From Bdellovibrionota bacterium (GTDB lineage: Bacteria; Bdellovibrionota_G; JALEGL01; DATDPG01), in assembly GCA_963668355.1 (NCBI GenBank), contig OY764265.1:1184001-1248000 (forward strand): DNA of 64,000 nt, written 5' to 3'. The position numbers were made by a program, and so were the translations under genes. Positions 1 to 9,621 of this stretch are shown piece after piece. Numbering within the stretch: the first letter of the stretch is position 1; each line of letters starts with the position of its first letter. The notes beneath the pieces were generated by a model. It was not told the DNA's origin, searched no databases, and saw only the letters and a list, made by a program, of their open reading frames with translations.

Positions 1-2731
1 ATTGGTGTACTTATTGGATTTACATGCGCCTTCCCGCTTTGGCGGCGTCGTCTCGTTTGCTCAATCCGTTACCCGGACCATCAGTCGCGTGTTTAAAAAC
101 GACTACCTGCCTTACCCAGACAACCCCCTCGACATTATCCAAAAACTCTCCGTTCTGGCTGCCATCTTCCAGGGGGCACCCGATCTCATGGAAGAAGTCA
201 GGGCCGAGAATCCAATGGATAAAGTCTCCTGGGAAAATTTGCAGAACTGTCTCCGAGAGGAATTTGAGCAATACCAAGTTCGCTTGGAGGGTGATGAACG
301 TCTCAAAGCGTTTAACTCGATTGGTTATGTGGGCATGGCCGCCACCATGGTTACCCGGTCTTGGATTCCCACGATTATCATGGTTGTGAATGATGCCTTC
401 ATTACGTTTACGATCACACGTCCTCGAATGCACTATCGGCAGAATTTGACGAAGTTGTATCAGTCCATGTTTTTGAATGTTGACCCCCAATGGGTCCTGG
501 CCAACGAAGCAAAAATAAAACTGGATGTGCATGACCACGCGGACAAACTTCGCGACTTGGTCGTTTTAGACGCTCAAGCGTCCCAAGAATTTCGAAATGC
601 CTGTGGCTGGATGCTGGGGTTCGGAACGTTCTGGGCCTTTCGAGGCATCAAATGGTTCAATGGCATGTGGCGCTGGGTTCAGGGTGCCGTCAGTCCGGAA
701 AAATATATTGTGAGTTCGGGATCCAATATGTTCGAACTTCGCAAGGAAGTCATGCGCACGGTCAAAGCCATCTATCAACTTTTTGATGAAAAAATGCTTG
801 TGGACGGAAAGGGCCGGCGAATTGAAGTCATTGGGGCTTTTCGTAAACAAGGCTGGTGGAAAGAGGTTTGGGAAAGAGCCTATTCTTTCATACCCAATGA
901 TCTCACGATCATTCAACGCGAGTTTCCTCAAGTCTATCGAAGGTTAGCCCGAGAGTTTAGAAAACTTCACTTACATATAGAGAATCCGGAAGACATCACA
1001 AAGTTTTTGGCCCACCACGAAAAGGGAGAAGGGTTTTCCCTTTGGTCCCTGGCACAAGAACTCAAATTGGCTAGCCGTGCGGATATCGAAGATTGGGCAC
1101 GTCGCATGGATAGCTCGGACGTGGAAGATTTCATCCAACATGCGGGCCAACGTGTGGAAGGAAGAGTTCGCTTCAATCAACTTCACAAACTTCGGATTCG
1201 TCGCGAGGGATTTCGAATAAAAATCGAGGCGCCCAGAATGCCTGCGCCACCTCTTCAGCCGGCATCCACGGCACAGCAGGCACGGAACAGTCAAAATGTT
1301 TTGGCAACGCTCAACGAAAGATACCAGGTCGCACGCAGACAATTGGCAGCGGACCTTAAAGGTCTCAAAGTTTATGCAGAAGCGGAAGATGATGTCGTCG
1401 GGCGCGCGGGAGAATATCATTTTAAGAAAAAAGAGATTCAACATGTTCACAATATTCAAAAGACACTTCGGGATTTAGAACACTTATTGGATCCGGTTAC
1501 CCGCCATAGAGATCGAAGCGCCCCTGGGGTGGAGCGCACAGCAAAACTTCTCCTTGCCATTGGTAGACCCTTTGAAAAACCCGTTCATGCCAGCCAAGAA
1601 TTTGTATTTCAAGCCGTTAGAACCATGTCCGCTTGGATCGGCGTTTATCTTGACCTCAGCCTCGCCATGCGCATGAAGCGCATGATCCCTCCAGGAGCAC
1701 TTTCTCAAGTGATGAGAAATGCCATTGCGCAAAAAGTTGAGCGTGTGCCGGGGCTACGACCGTTTGCCGATGCTGTACGCAAAGGAAAGGATTGGATCAC
1801 CGTAGGCAAAGATGGAATCGCGAGTGGAATCGCCAAGGCCGATGACGTGGCCGAGGAGTTCGCTCGAAAAAAATGGAAACTCAATATTGATGAAAGTTTT
1901 GTTTCTACATTTATTGGAGACAGCGTCATTCTCGGATTGATCACCGGATTTGTGGGTGATCGCCTGTATCGTATGGGAGAAGTAACGTGGCAAAACCGAA
2001 GCGATGGGTATGGGGCGGCACTAAGTGAAGGTGCGGATGCTTTGCTCGTTAATCCCTTCAATTTGGGGGATGCTCACGAGGGGGAAGAGACGAGAATCAA
2101 CCTTGTTACGGGCATGGTGCGTCGTGCGTACACCACGTTTTTCATGACTTCGGCCTTAAGTTTTCGAAAGAAAATGATGTGGGTCAACCTGGGTGGCGCC
2201 GCAGTTGAAGGCCTCACCACCGCCGCGACCAACCTCTACGGTCTTACACATGGCGATGACGCCCTTGACTTCGAGGATGCCCTGGCAACATTGGTTTCAC
2301 CCGAATGTCTCATCGCCATCGCCAAGCGCTTAAACCTTGGGTACATCTACAACAACTTCTACGCCCTGTGGCATAAGCAAGCCTATTGGAAAGTCCGACA
2401 CGCCATGCGCAGTCCCATGATGAATCGTTCGATGTACGACGTGTTTGTACTTCGTCTGGGCTGGTCAACCGTCTTAGGCAAGGCAGGATTCACCGGTGCA
2501 ACTCATTTGTTTGATGCGCCAGGGGAATGCGCTCCGGTGGACCACCCGTTTGAAGAACTTTCGGTCAAGGGTAACGACCCTCGCATGAGCTTTGCGTTCC
2601 AACAAACCGCAGACGAATTGGATGCTTTGACGATCAACGATTGGATGGATTTGCAAGAAGAACTCGAAGCCGAAGGCGTAGAAATTGATGAAACATTGGG
2701 CATGGAAGAGTTTGAGGGAGACGTCGAATGA
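1..2731 (+). CDS. Large hypothetical protein, 5'-truncated by the window edge; several hydrophobic helices, acidic C-terminus
   Basis: Open frame of 909 codons from the window edge; stop overlaps the next ATG (ATGA at 2728-2731); no recognisable family motif. Confidence 0.75.
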   Translation, partial: LVYLLDLHAPSRFGGVVSFAQSVTRTISRVFKNDYLPYPDNPLDIIQKLSVLAAIFQGAPDLMEEVRAENPMDKVSWENLQNCLREEFEQYQVRLEGDERLKAFNSIGYVGMAATMVTRSWIPTIIMVVNDAFITFTITRPRMHYRQNLTKLYQSMFLNVDPQWVLANEAKIKLDVHDHADKLRDLVVLDAQASQEFRNACGWMLGFGTFWAFRGIKWFNGMWRWVQGAVSPEKYIVSSGSNMFELRKEVMRTVKAIYQLFDEKMLVDGKGRRIEVIGAFRKQGWWKEVWERAYSFIPNDLTIIQREFPQVYRRLAREFRKLHLHIENPEDITKFLAHHEKGEGFSLWSLAQELKLASRADIEDWARRMDSSDVEDFIQHAGQRVEGRVRFNQLHKLRIRREGFRIKIEAPRMPAPPLQPASTAQQARNSQNVLATLNERYQVARRQLAADLKGLKVYAEAEDDVVGRAGEYHFKKKEIQHVHNIQKTLRDLEHLLDPVTRHRDRSAPGVERTAKLLLAIGRPFEKPVHASQEFVFQAVRTMSAWIGVYLDLSLAMRMKRMIPPGALSQVMRNAIAQKVERVPGLRPFADAVRKGKDWITVGKDGIASGIAKADDVAEEFARKKWKLNIDESFVSTFIGDSVILGLITGFVGDRLYRMGEVTWQNRSDGYGAALSEGADALLVNPFNLGDAHEGEETRINLVTGMVRRAYTTFFMTSALSFRKKMMWVNLGGAAVEGLTTAATNLYGLTHGDDALDFEDALATLVSPECLIAIAKRLNLGYIYNNFYALWHKQAYWKVRHAMRSPMMNRSMYDVFVLRLGWSTVLGKAGFTGATHLFDAPGECAPVDHPFEELSVKGNDPRMSFAFQQTADELDALTINDWMDLQEELEAEGVEIDETLGMEEFEGDVE

Positions 2732-5241
2732 AATATCTTAAACTCACCTTGATCGTGGTTTCCGTTCTTATTGGATGTACCTATGTCCAGAGTGTTGATG
2801 CACGCCCTCGTGCAAATCGTCAAACGGAAGCCGAAAAAGTCGGAGGTCTTTATCCCCTTACCCCCGAACTTCGTAGCCAGATCTCCACACTCATTGGCAT
2901 GGCTAGATTTGGTTTGGGATATAAAAACACAGCCATTCATACTTCGGTCACGAACCCTGCCACGAATCCGTCCTACTACAATGATCTTCTTTATGGCGCC
3001 GTACACGCAGGAAGCGCTGTGCGCGTGCCCAACCGCATCAAAGAGCCCACGCTCTATCATATCAACCATCTCCGACAGGATCTGGGTGCCGAGTATGAGT
3101 TGCTGTATTGGAGCGAAGAAGCGCGCAAGCTTGGCTTCATCACCTCCGTGCGAATGTTAAAGGAATCAGAGGAATATCTTTGGGCGTCGAAGGCCGATCA
3201 GCAAGCCATGGAACTGAACTTAGCCAATCAATATGCCGTTTCTACGGTTCCCAGAGTCACTGAAGCTTTGGAAGAGGTGCGGAAGACAGCTCGCTACGCG
3301 GAAGCGGTTGAACGCGACGATAAAGGCAGAATCGCTCAATTGGAACTTTGGACGCGTATCAATGCTCTGTATGCGATTTTGCAAGAAACCCGAGCCTATC
3401 AAAAAGCACCCAGCTGGAAGCAGAAAGCCATGGAAGAATTGATTCTGGCCAAAGAGCGCCAAGGTCTCATGAGTGCTTTCCTTCACTTTCGCATTCCCAT
3501 GTTTCAAATTCCGGTGGACGGTCTTTCCTCGAATGAAATCGAGGAACTTCTCTTGGAAATGAATCAGGCTTTTCCAGAACACCACCCCTATGTGTTTGAG
3601 GTGAAGGATGGTGTGTTTCAAGGTTGGTTAGATTTAACCGAGCTTTTGCTCATGCGTTCGATGCTGTATCGCACGCGTCTTCCTTGGGAAGACAACACGC
3701 TCTCGGAAACATCCGATCTCCCGGTGCTGGACCAAATCGCTTTGGGATCGACCCTCACGCACCAAGCGGTCCACATGACCGCGCCCATTCTACAGAATTG
3801 GGCGCAAGGTGTGGTCGCAACGACAACGGCAGCGGACCTTGCGGCATACGAAGGAGCGAGCAGCGCCATTCAATTTTTGGGAGATCGCTATCGTGAAATG
3901 CCTCTGCGAGCGCGCACTGGAATGTTGGCGCGGACCCTGGTTCCCCGCTTGCCAATATTGAAAGGGCTCTATCTGGAGAATGCGGAGTGGGCCAAGATTG
4001 CGGCGGCCATATTTACTCGCGCGCAGAAAGAAAGCACGAAAGCCGCGGCGGGGTTTGTTACCACCAAACTCAAGGCCCTGGGAGGCGTAGCCTTACGAAA
4101 TTCAGCCCTTTTTGGTCTGGCACTGGTAATTGCGATAGATGCCTATCAGGTCTACCGCGCCGGCCAAGACGCTGGCTCGCCTCAAATGCAAGCCGAGGCG
4201 TTTGGAAACTTAGCCGTTCATTTGGCTGAAGGATTTGGGGCAAGCATGCTCATCAAGGCTTTAGCGGGCGCGGAAATGGTTCAAGTTACGGCAGGTATGG
4301 GTTTGGCCCAAGCAACGGGTGCGATGCTCACGGCCGCCCTCACCAATCCCGTAACCTGGATCATTGTTCTGGGAATTGTCGCGACGGAAGTGATTCAGCG
4401 AAACTGGTATCCGGACATGATTACAATTGGCGTGGTTCGTCAATATGGACAGGCCTTTTTTGCCGATATGTGGAGAACCGTAGCGGACGACTTAATTCGC
4501 AGCAAAATCTGCGGACGAAACCTTGTGATGGAGCAGTGGCAAAAGAAAGTATGTCTTAAGAAAGAGGAAGGCGGAGATTGGGAGCCTCGCACGTTTTCCT
4601 TTTTGGATTATCGCGTTCCACCTCAGGCCTTCATGGAAATGAACCCAGAGCAGCAGCGAGAAAACCGACGGCTGTATGTCTTGGACTTGGACCATTTTGA
4701 GGGATCCGTGGAAGAAATCCTTACCTATCCTCCCATTGATCGAGCGGAAGCCTTAGACACTTTAGTAAAGGGCTATGCCGTGGCCTATTTAGAGCGGATG
4801 TTTTTCACGCTTCAATTCCTAGGAGATGTCAACGTGAACCACTTTAAAGGACTCTTCGAAGAGATTGGTTTGTTGGCTTCGTCTGCTTCAATCGTTCCGG
4901 TCGATTTTGAGACGCATGTGGCCAAATACGAGACGAAGGACCGCCTAGAAGTAAGAAGCGCGCTGCAGACCGAGCTGGAAGAGTTTGTGGGGCGCGCCGA
5001 GGGGCTCGAAAAAGAGTACGGTCGAAACCTTGTCTTCGGGTCGATTTCCGATGATATGATGCGGCGTTTGACTGGCTTGACGGATGAAGCAATTCTTGTT
5101 TTAGAGAACTGCTTTGACCTCGAAGGCGAAGATGGGGAAATGCGTGCACGAAAACCTTGTATTCCCACGCCAATTGAGGAAAAAGCCTTGGAAGCTTTGT
5201 ACGAACAAAGAGATCAAACAGAGCGGCACTGGTTGAAATAA
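2728..5241 (+). CDS. Hypothetical exported protein (837 aa) with a central Gly/Ala-rich hydrophobic helical region
   Basis: N-terminus MKYLKLTLIVVSVLIGC (signal peptide or lipobox); GAGGGAG SD-like sequence upstream; hydrophobic segments such as SALFGLALVIAI and PVTWIIVLGIVA. Confidence 0.8.
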   Translation: MKYLKLTLIVVSVLIGCTYVQSVDARPRANRQTEAEKVGGLYPLTPELRSQISTLIGMARFGLGYKNTAIHTSVTNPATNPSYYNDLLYGAVHAGSAVRVPNRIKEPTLYHINHLRQDLGAEYELLYWSEEARKLGFITSVRMLKESEEYLWASKADQQAMELNLANQYAVSTVPRVTEALEEVRKTARYAEAVERDDKGRIAQLELWTRINALYAILQETRAYQKAPSWKQKAMEELILAKERQGLMSAFLHFRIPMFQIPVDGLSSNEIEELLLEMNQAFPEHHPYVFEVKDGVFQGWLDLTELLLMRSMLYRTRLPWEDNTLSETSDLPVLDQIALGSTLTHQAVHMTAPILQNWAQGVVATTTAADLAAYEGASSAIQFLGDRYREMPLRARTGMLARTLVPRLPILKGLYLENAEWAKIAAAIFTRAQKESTKAAAGFVTTKLKALGGVALRNSALFGLALVIAIDAYQVYRAGQDAGSPQMQAEAFGNLAVHLAEGFGASMLIKALAGAEMVQVTAGMGLAQATGAMLTAALTNPVTWIIVLGIVATEVIQRNWYPDMITIGVVRQYGQAFFADMWRTVADDLIRSKICGRNLVMEQWQKKVCLKKEEGGDWEPRTFSFLDYRVPPQAFMEMNPEQQRENRRLYVLDLDHFEGSVEEILTYPPIDRAEALDTLVKGYAVAYLERMFFTLQFLGDVNVNHFKGLFEEIGLLASSASIVPVDFETHVAKYETKDRLEVRSALQTELEEFVGRAEGLEKEYGRNLVFGSISDDMMRRLTGLTDEAILVLENCFDLEGEDGEMRARKPCIPTPIEEKALEALYEQRDQTERHWLK

Positions 5242-5273
5242 ATCCGAAGAAAAAGAAAAACAAAGGAAATGAA

Positions 5274-6329
5274 ATGAGTCTCCCGGTTACGATCACTAAT
5301 CTTACGAAGCGTTTTAATGACCATGTGGCGGTAAATGATATCTCGTTAACCATTCCTCAAGGCCAGTTATTCTTTTTATTGGGACCTTCGGGATGTGGAA
5401 AAACCACGCTTCTTCGATCGGTGGCAGGCTTTGCCAAACCCGAAGAAGGAACCATTCACTTCGGAGACAAAGACATCACGAATGTCGCTCCCCACAAACG
5501 AAATTGCGGATTCGTTTTTCAAAACTATGCACTTTGGCCGCATATGACGGTTTTTGACAATGTAGCCTATGGATTAAATGTCCGAAAAATGACCAAGGCC
5601 GATGTTCAGGAGAAAGTCCAATTGGCTCTTAAAATGGTGCGATTGGAAACGTTGTGTGATCGAAAACCCACGCAGCTTTCGGGAGGCCAACAACAGCGCG
5701 TCGCACTCGCGAGAGCGTTAGTGATTACGCCGGACGTTCTGTTATTGGATGAACCGTTGAGCAATTTGGATGCAAAACTTCGATTGGAAATGCGAGATGA
5801 AATTCGTCGGATTCATTCGGAAACAGGAATTACGACCATCTACGTCACGCATGAACAAAAGGAAGCCTTAAGTTTGGCTCAGCAAGTGGCCATCATGAAT
5901 TTGGGAAAGATCGAACAGCTCGGAGCCCCTAAGGATTTATACTTCAATCCAGCCAATGAGTTTGTCGCCAACTTCATTGGTGAAACAAATATGCTCAAGG
6001 GATCGCTCGAAGATTCAAAGCATGTGTGCCTGCCCTTTGGAACGTTGGAGGTCCCCATTTTTTCCGGCCCCACGGAACAGGATGTAAAAGTTTCTGTACG
6101 CCCTGAATCCGTACGGATTCACTCCTCCAAGAAAGAGGGGAAAAATATTTTTTCCGCCACGGTTGAAAATGCCATCTATCTGGGTGAACACGAACAAGTT
6201 TGCTTGAATCTTTCGGACGGAACGTCGCTAAAAGTCCTTGCGTATGATCCCGGAGGAAACACGCATCATGAAGGTGAATCCGTCTGGCTTGAGATTCCTT
6301 CGACCTCTGTTCGGGTTTTTGCCTCGTGA
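5274..6329 (+). CDS. ABC transporter ATP-binding subunit (Fe3+/polyamine/AfuC class, TOBE C-terminus)
   Basis: Walker A GPSGCGKT, FQNYALWPH, signature LSGGQQQR, Walker B LLLDEP. Confidence 0.95.
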   Translation: MSLPVTITNLTKRFNDHVAVNDISLTIPQGQLFFLLGPSGCGKTTLLRSVAGFAKPEEGTIHFGDKDITNVAPHKRNCGFVFQNYALWPHMTVFDNVAYGLNVRKMTKADVQEKVQLALKMVRLETLCDRKPTQLSGGQQQRVALARALVITPDVLLLDEPLSNLDAKLRLEMRDEIRRIHSETGITTIYVTHEQKEALSLAQQVAIMNLGKIEQLGAPKDLYFNPANEFVANFIGETNMLKGSLEDSKHVCLPFGTLEVPIFSGPTEQDVKVSVRPESVRIHSSKKEGKNIFSATVENAIYLGEHEQVCLNLSDGTSLKVLAYDPGGNTHHEGESVWLEIPSTSVRVFAS

Positions 6330-7699
6330 ACAAGAAAGTCGCATTGGCCGGATTAGGGTTGGCCCTTTTTGCCCTTTTGGGACTGCCTTTTTTTCTTACA
6401 CCCAAGGTTGATCAGGTTGTGGCCGACAAAGAACTCATTGTCATTACGCCTCATTGGGAAGGGATCAAATATGAGTTTGATCGAGGGTTTCGGGAGTATT
6501 GGAAAGAAAAGACAGGAGAGACCGTCAAGGTTCAATGGTTGGATGTAGGGGGCGGAACAGATGCATTAAAGTTTGTTTTGGGACAATTTCGAAACAATTC
6601 GGAAAGTATCGGCGTCGATATGTTTTGGGGAGGAGGCGTAGACCCCTTTGAACTCATGAAAGAAAAGGGCCACTTAGAACCTTTCAAAGTTTCGGAAAAA
6701 CAAATTCAACGAATTCCTCGGAGGCTTTTCGGTTACAATTTATATGCTCCAAACTTTGAATGGTACGGAACCGTCATTTCAGGGTTTGGCATCATTTATA
6801 ATAAAAAAGTTTCTGAGCTTTTGGGTTTTCCGATGCCCACGACCTGGGAAGATTTGGCCCGACCCGAAGTGTTTTCTTATATTGGAACCGGTGATCCCGC
6901 CAATAGTTCAACATCTCATGTGATGTATGAATTCATTCTTCAGGGGTATGGATTTGAAAAAGGTATGGACGTGATCACACGCATGGCGGCGAATGCCAGG
7001 CGATTCGACAAACACTCCAGCAATGTTTCGCGAGAGGTGGCCTTGGGAGAAGTCGCCTACGGAATCTCCATTGATTTTTATGCGGGGGCGGCCATAGCCG
7101 AGGCCGGTGCCGACAAGTTGGGGTTCGTATATCCGAATCGACTCACCGTCGTGAATCCGGATCCCATTGCCATTTTAAAAGGAGCGCCCCATCCCAAGTT
7201 GGCCCGAGAGTTTTTGAAATACGTTCTTTCCGATCAGGCACAACGCCTTTGGTTTTTGCCCAAAGGTTCTCCGGGGGGACCTGCAAAGTACAACCTCATG
7301 CGTGTTCCCATTTTAAAAGATCTTATTGAAAAGGAAGCTCAAAACTCTTCGATGACTTACAACCCGTTTTTGATTGAGGGGACACTGGATTACAAACAAG
7401 ATTTTGGCTCAAAACGTTGGACAATTCTGAATGATTTTTTGCGAGCCGCGTTAATCGATACGCATCAAGATTTGGTGGATGCCTGGAAGGCCATCCGAAA
7501 ACTGCCAGAAAAGCAAAGAGAACCTTGGATTGAACGCATGACGCACCCGTTGGTGACGGAGAAAGAAATGTTTGAGTTGGCCGAAGGCTCCTGGAAGAAC
7601 GCGGAATATCGAAACAACACGCGAACCGAATGGACGAAAGCTTACCGAAAGCGTTATCAAAAAATTGAGGATGAGTTGAACCGAGGAGGGCACAAATGA
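6326..7699 (+). CDS. ABC transporter substrate-binding protein (Fe3+/AfuA-like)
   Basis: N-terminal hydrophobic anchor; DMFWGGG, PTTWEDL, AILKGAPHPKLAREF motifs; lies between ATPase and permease with overlapping start/stop codons. Confidence 0.85.
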   Translation: MNKKVALAGLGLALFALLGLPFFLTPKVDQVVADKELIVITPHWEGIKYEFDRGFREYWKEKTGETVKVQWLDVGGGTDALKFVLGQFRNNSESIGVDMFWGGGVDPFELMKEKGHLEPFKVSEKQIQRIPRRLFGYNLYAPNFEWYGTVISGFGIIYNKKVSELLGFPMPTTWEDLARPEVFSYIGTGDPANSSTSHVMYEFILQGYGFEKGMDVITRMAANARRFDKHSSNVSREVALGEVAYGISIDFYAGAAIAEAGADKLGFVYPNRLTVVNPDPIAILKGAPHPKLAREFLKYVLSDQAQRLWFLPKGSPGGPAKYNLMRVPILKDLIEKEAQNSSMTYNPFLIEGTLDYKQDFGSKRWTILNDFLRAALIDTHQDLVDAWKAIRKLPEKQREPWIERMTHPLVTEKEMFELAEGSWKNAEYRNNTRTEWTKAYRKRYQKIEDELNRGGHK

Positions 7700-9465
7700 A
7701 GTCCTTCAAATTAACACCGAGCCTTGCATTATTCTATGCGGTCATCGGTTCGTACTTCGGCCTCTTTTTGGTCTGGCCGGTGTTAAGCATGACGGCGAAT
7801 GCGTTTTTTTTGGAGGGAGAATTTTCTCTAACCTTTTTAATGTCGATTTTTAATGATCCCGCTCTTTCCATGACCATCCTTCGCTCTCTGTGGATTGGTT
7901 TTGCGGTCACGTTTGCCACGCTTTTAATCTCCCTGCCCTTGGCCTATGCCTGCTCTCGCCTCTCGTTTAAGGGAAAAGCGTTTTTGCAGGCCCTCACACT
8001 TGTTCCCCTTATTTTACCTCCCTTTGTGGGCGCGCTGGGCATGCGTCAGTTTTTTGCCCGCTTTGGAAGTGTGAACCTTCTCCTCATGCAAATGGGAATC
8101 ATTGATCAACCCATCGACTGGTTTGGAGATATGGGGTTTTGGGGTGTGGTGTTCTTGGAAGCCATTCATTTGTATCCCATCATGTTTTTGAATTTGACCA
8201 GCGCGTTGGCCAATATTGATCCGGCCATGGAAGAAGCGGCACAGAGCCAAGGGGCGGGTCCGTGGAAAATTTTCCGAAGTATTACATTTCCACTCACGTT
8301 ACCCGGCTTTTTTGCCGGAGCCTCGATTGTGTTCATTTGGGCGTTCACCGACTTGGGGACACCGCTCATGATGGGGTATCGCCAAGTTGCACCCGTACAA
8401 ATTTTTCAGAAAATCACGGAGATCGAAAATAATCCTCAGGGGTATGCACTGGTCTTGGTGGTGTTGGTGGTCACGGCCTTGACCTTTGTTCTTAGTGGAA
8501 AGCTAGTTCAGAAAAATGAATACGCCATGATTTCCAAAGGAGGGGCGGGAACACGAGCCCGAAACGTCGGATGGTTTGGTCATATTGGGTTGTATGCACT
8601 CTTCCTGGGCGTCTTTTTCATGTCGGTTCTTCCCCACATCGGCGTCATTTTAAACTCTGTGCGAGATTCTTGGTTCATGACCATTTTGCCGGAGAGCTAT
8701 ACGATGGGCCATTGGGAAAAAATCCTCTCCCATAACATCACGCTTCCCAGCATCATGAATTCCATCAAGTACAGCTTCTTCTCCACCATTTTGGATGTGG
8801 TTTTAGGCGTGTGGTTGGCCTATATGATCGTTAGGAAAAAAGTATGGGGTTCAAAAATCTTAGATGCCATGGCCATGTTGCCCTTGGCGCTTCCAGGAAT
8901 TGTTCTGGCTTTTGGATTCCTTGGATGCTTCATCGGATGGGATGCCCCGGCCAATGCCTTTCTCTCCTTTGTTTTGGCTCCGTTTTATGGAGGAAGGGAA
9001 CAAGTCCCTTATTTTGTGATTTTTGATCCGAAAGTGAACCCCATGGTTCTTCTCATCATCGCGTATTCCGTTAGACGCATTCCCTTCATTGTTCGTTCGG
9101 CCGCTGCAGGATTTCAACAGGTCAGTCATACGTTTGAAGAAGCCTCGGCCAGTTTGGGAGCCAACCCAGCGTACACCGTCCGAAAAATCACGATTCCTTT
9201 GATCAGCTCCAACTTGGTGGCTGGCGTTTTGCTGACGTTCATTTTTGCCATGTTGGAAGTGTCCGACAGTTTGATTCTGGCGTTTCGAGAAGAAACCTAT
9301 CCCATTACCAAAGCCATTTATTCTTTGGCCATGCGATTGGGTGACGGACCCTTTGTGGCTTCGGCGCTGGGTGTGTGGGGCATGCTCCTTCTCACCTGTG
9401 GTTTGTTGATCTCGTCCATTTCCATGGGATCCAAACTCGGCCAGCTCTTTCGCGCGTCTGGGTAG
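7696..9465 (+). CDS. ABC transporter permease, two fused TM modules (FbpB/AfuB type)
   Basis: Two EAA loops (MEEAAQSQGA, FEEASASLGA); PLILPPFVGA; many TM helices. Confidence 0.92.
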   Translation: MKSFKLTPSLALFYAVIGSYFGLFLVWPVLSMTANAFFLEGEFSLTFLMSIFNDPALSMTILRSLWIGFAVTFATLLISLPLAYACSRLSFKGKAFLQALTLVPLILPPFVGALGMRQFFARFGSVNLLLMQMGIIDQPIDWFGDMGFWGVVFLEAIHLYPIMFLNLTSALANIDPAMEEAAQSQGAGPWKIFRSITFPLTLPGFFAGASIVFIWAFTDLGTPLMMGYRQVAPVQIFQKITEIENNPQGYALVLVVLVVTALTFVLSGKLVQKNEYAMISKGGAGTRARNVGWFGHIGLYALFLGVFFMSVLPHIGVILNSVRDSWFMTILPESYTMGHWEKILSHNITLPSIMNSIKYSFFSTILDVVLGVWLAYMIVRKKVWGSKILDAMAMLPLALPGIVLAFGFLGCFIGWDAPANAFLSFVLAPFYGGREQVPYFVIFDPKVNPMVLLIIAYSVRRIPFIVRSAAAGFQQVSHTFEEASASLGANPAYTVRKITIPLISSNLVAGVLLTFIFAMLEVSDSLILAFREETYPITKAIYSLAMRLGDGPFVASALGVWGMLLLTCGLLISSISMGSKLGQLFRASG

Positions 9466-9621
9466 GGTTTCTCCTCTGAAGCCTTGCTTTCAACACATTG
9501 TTTTTAAAGGAAAAATCGTATAGAAGGCTCCGTCCCACAAAGGGTGTAATTTTTTCCCACAAAAATAACGCACCGTGCTATATGACCGTGGGAAAAGGAG
9601 TAATTGGCGGGGAAGTTTCGT

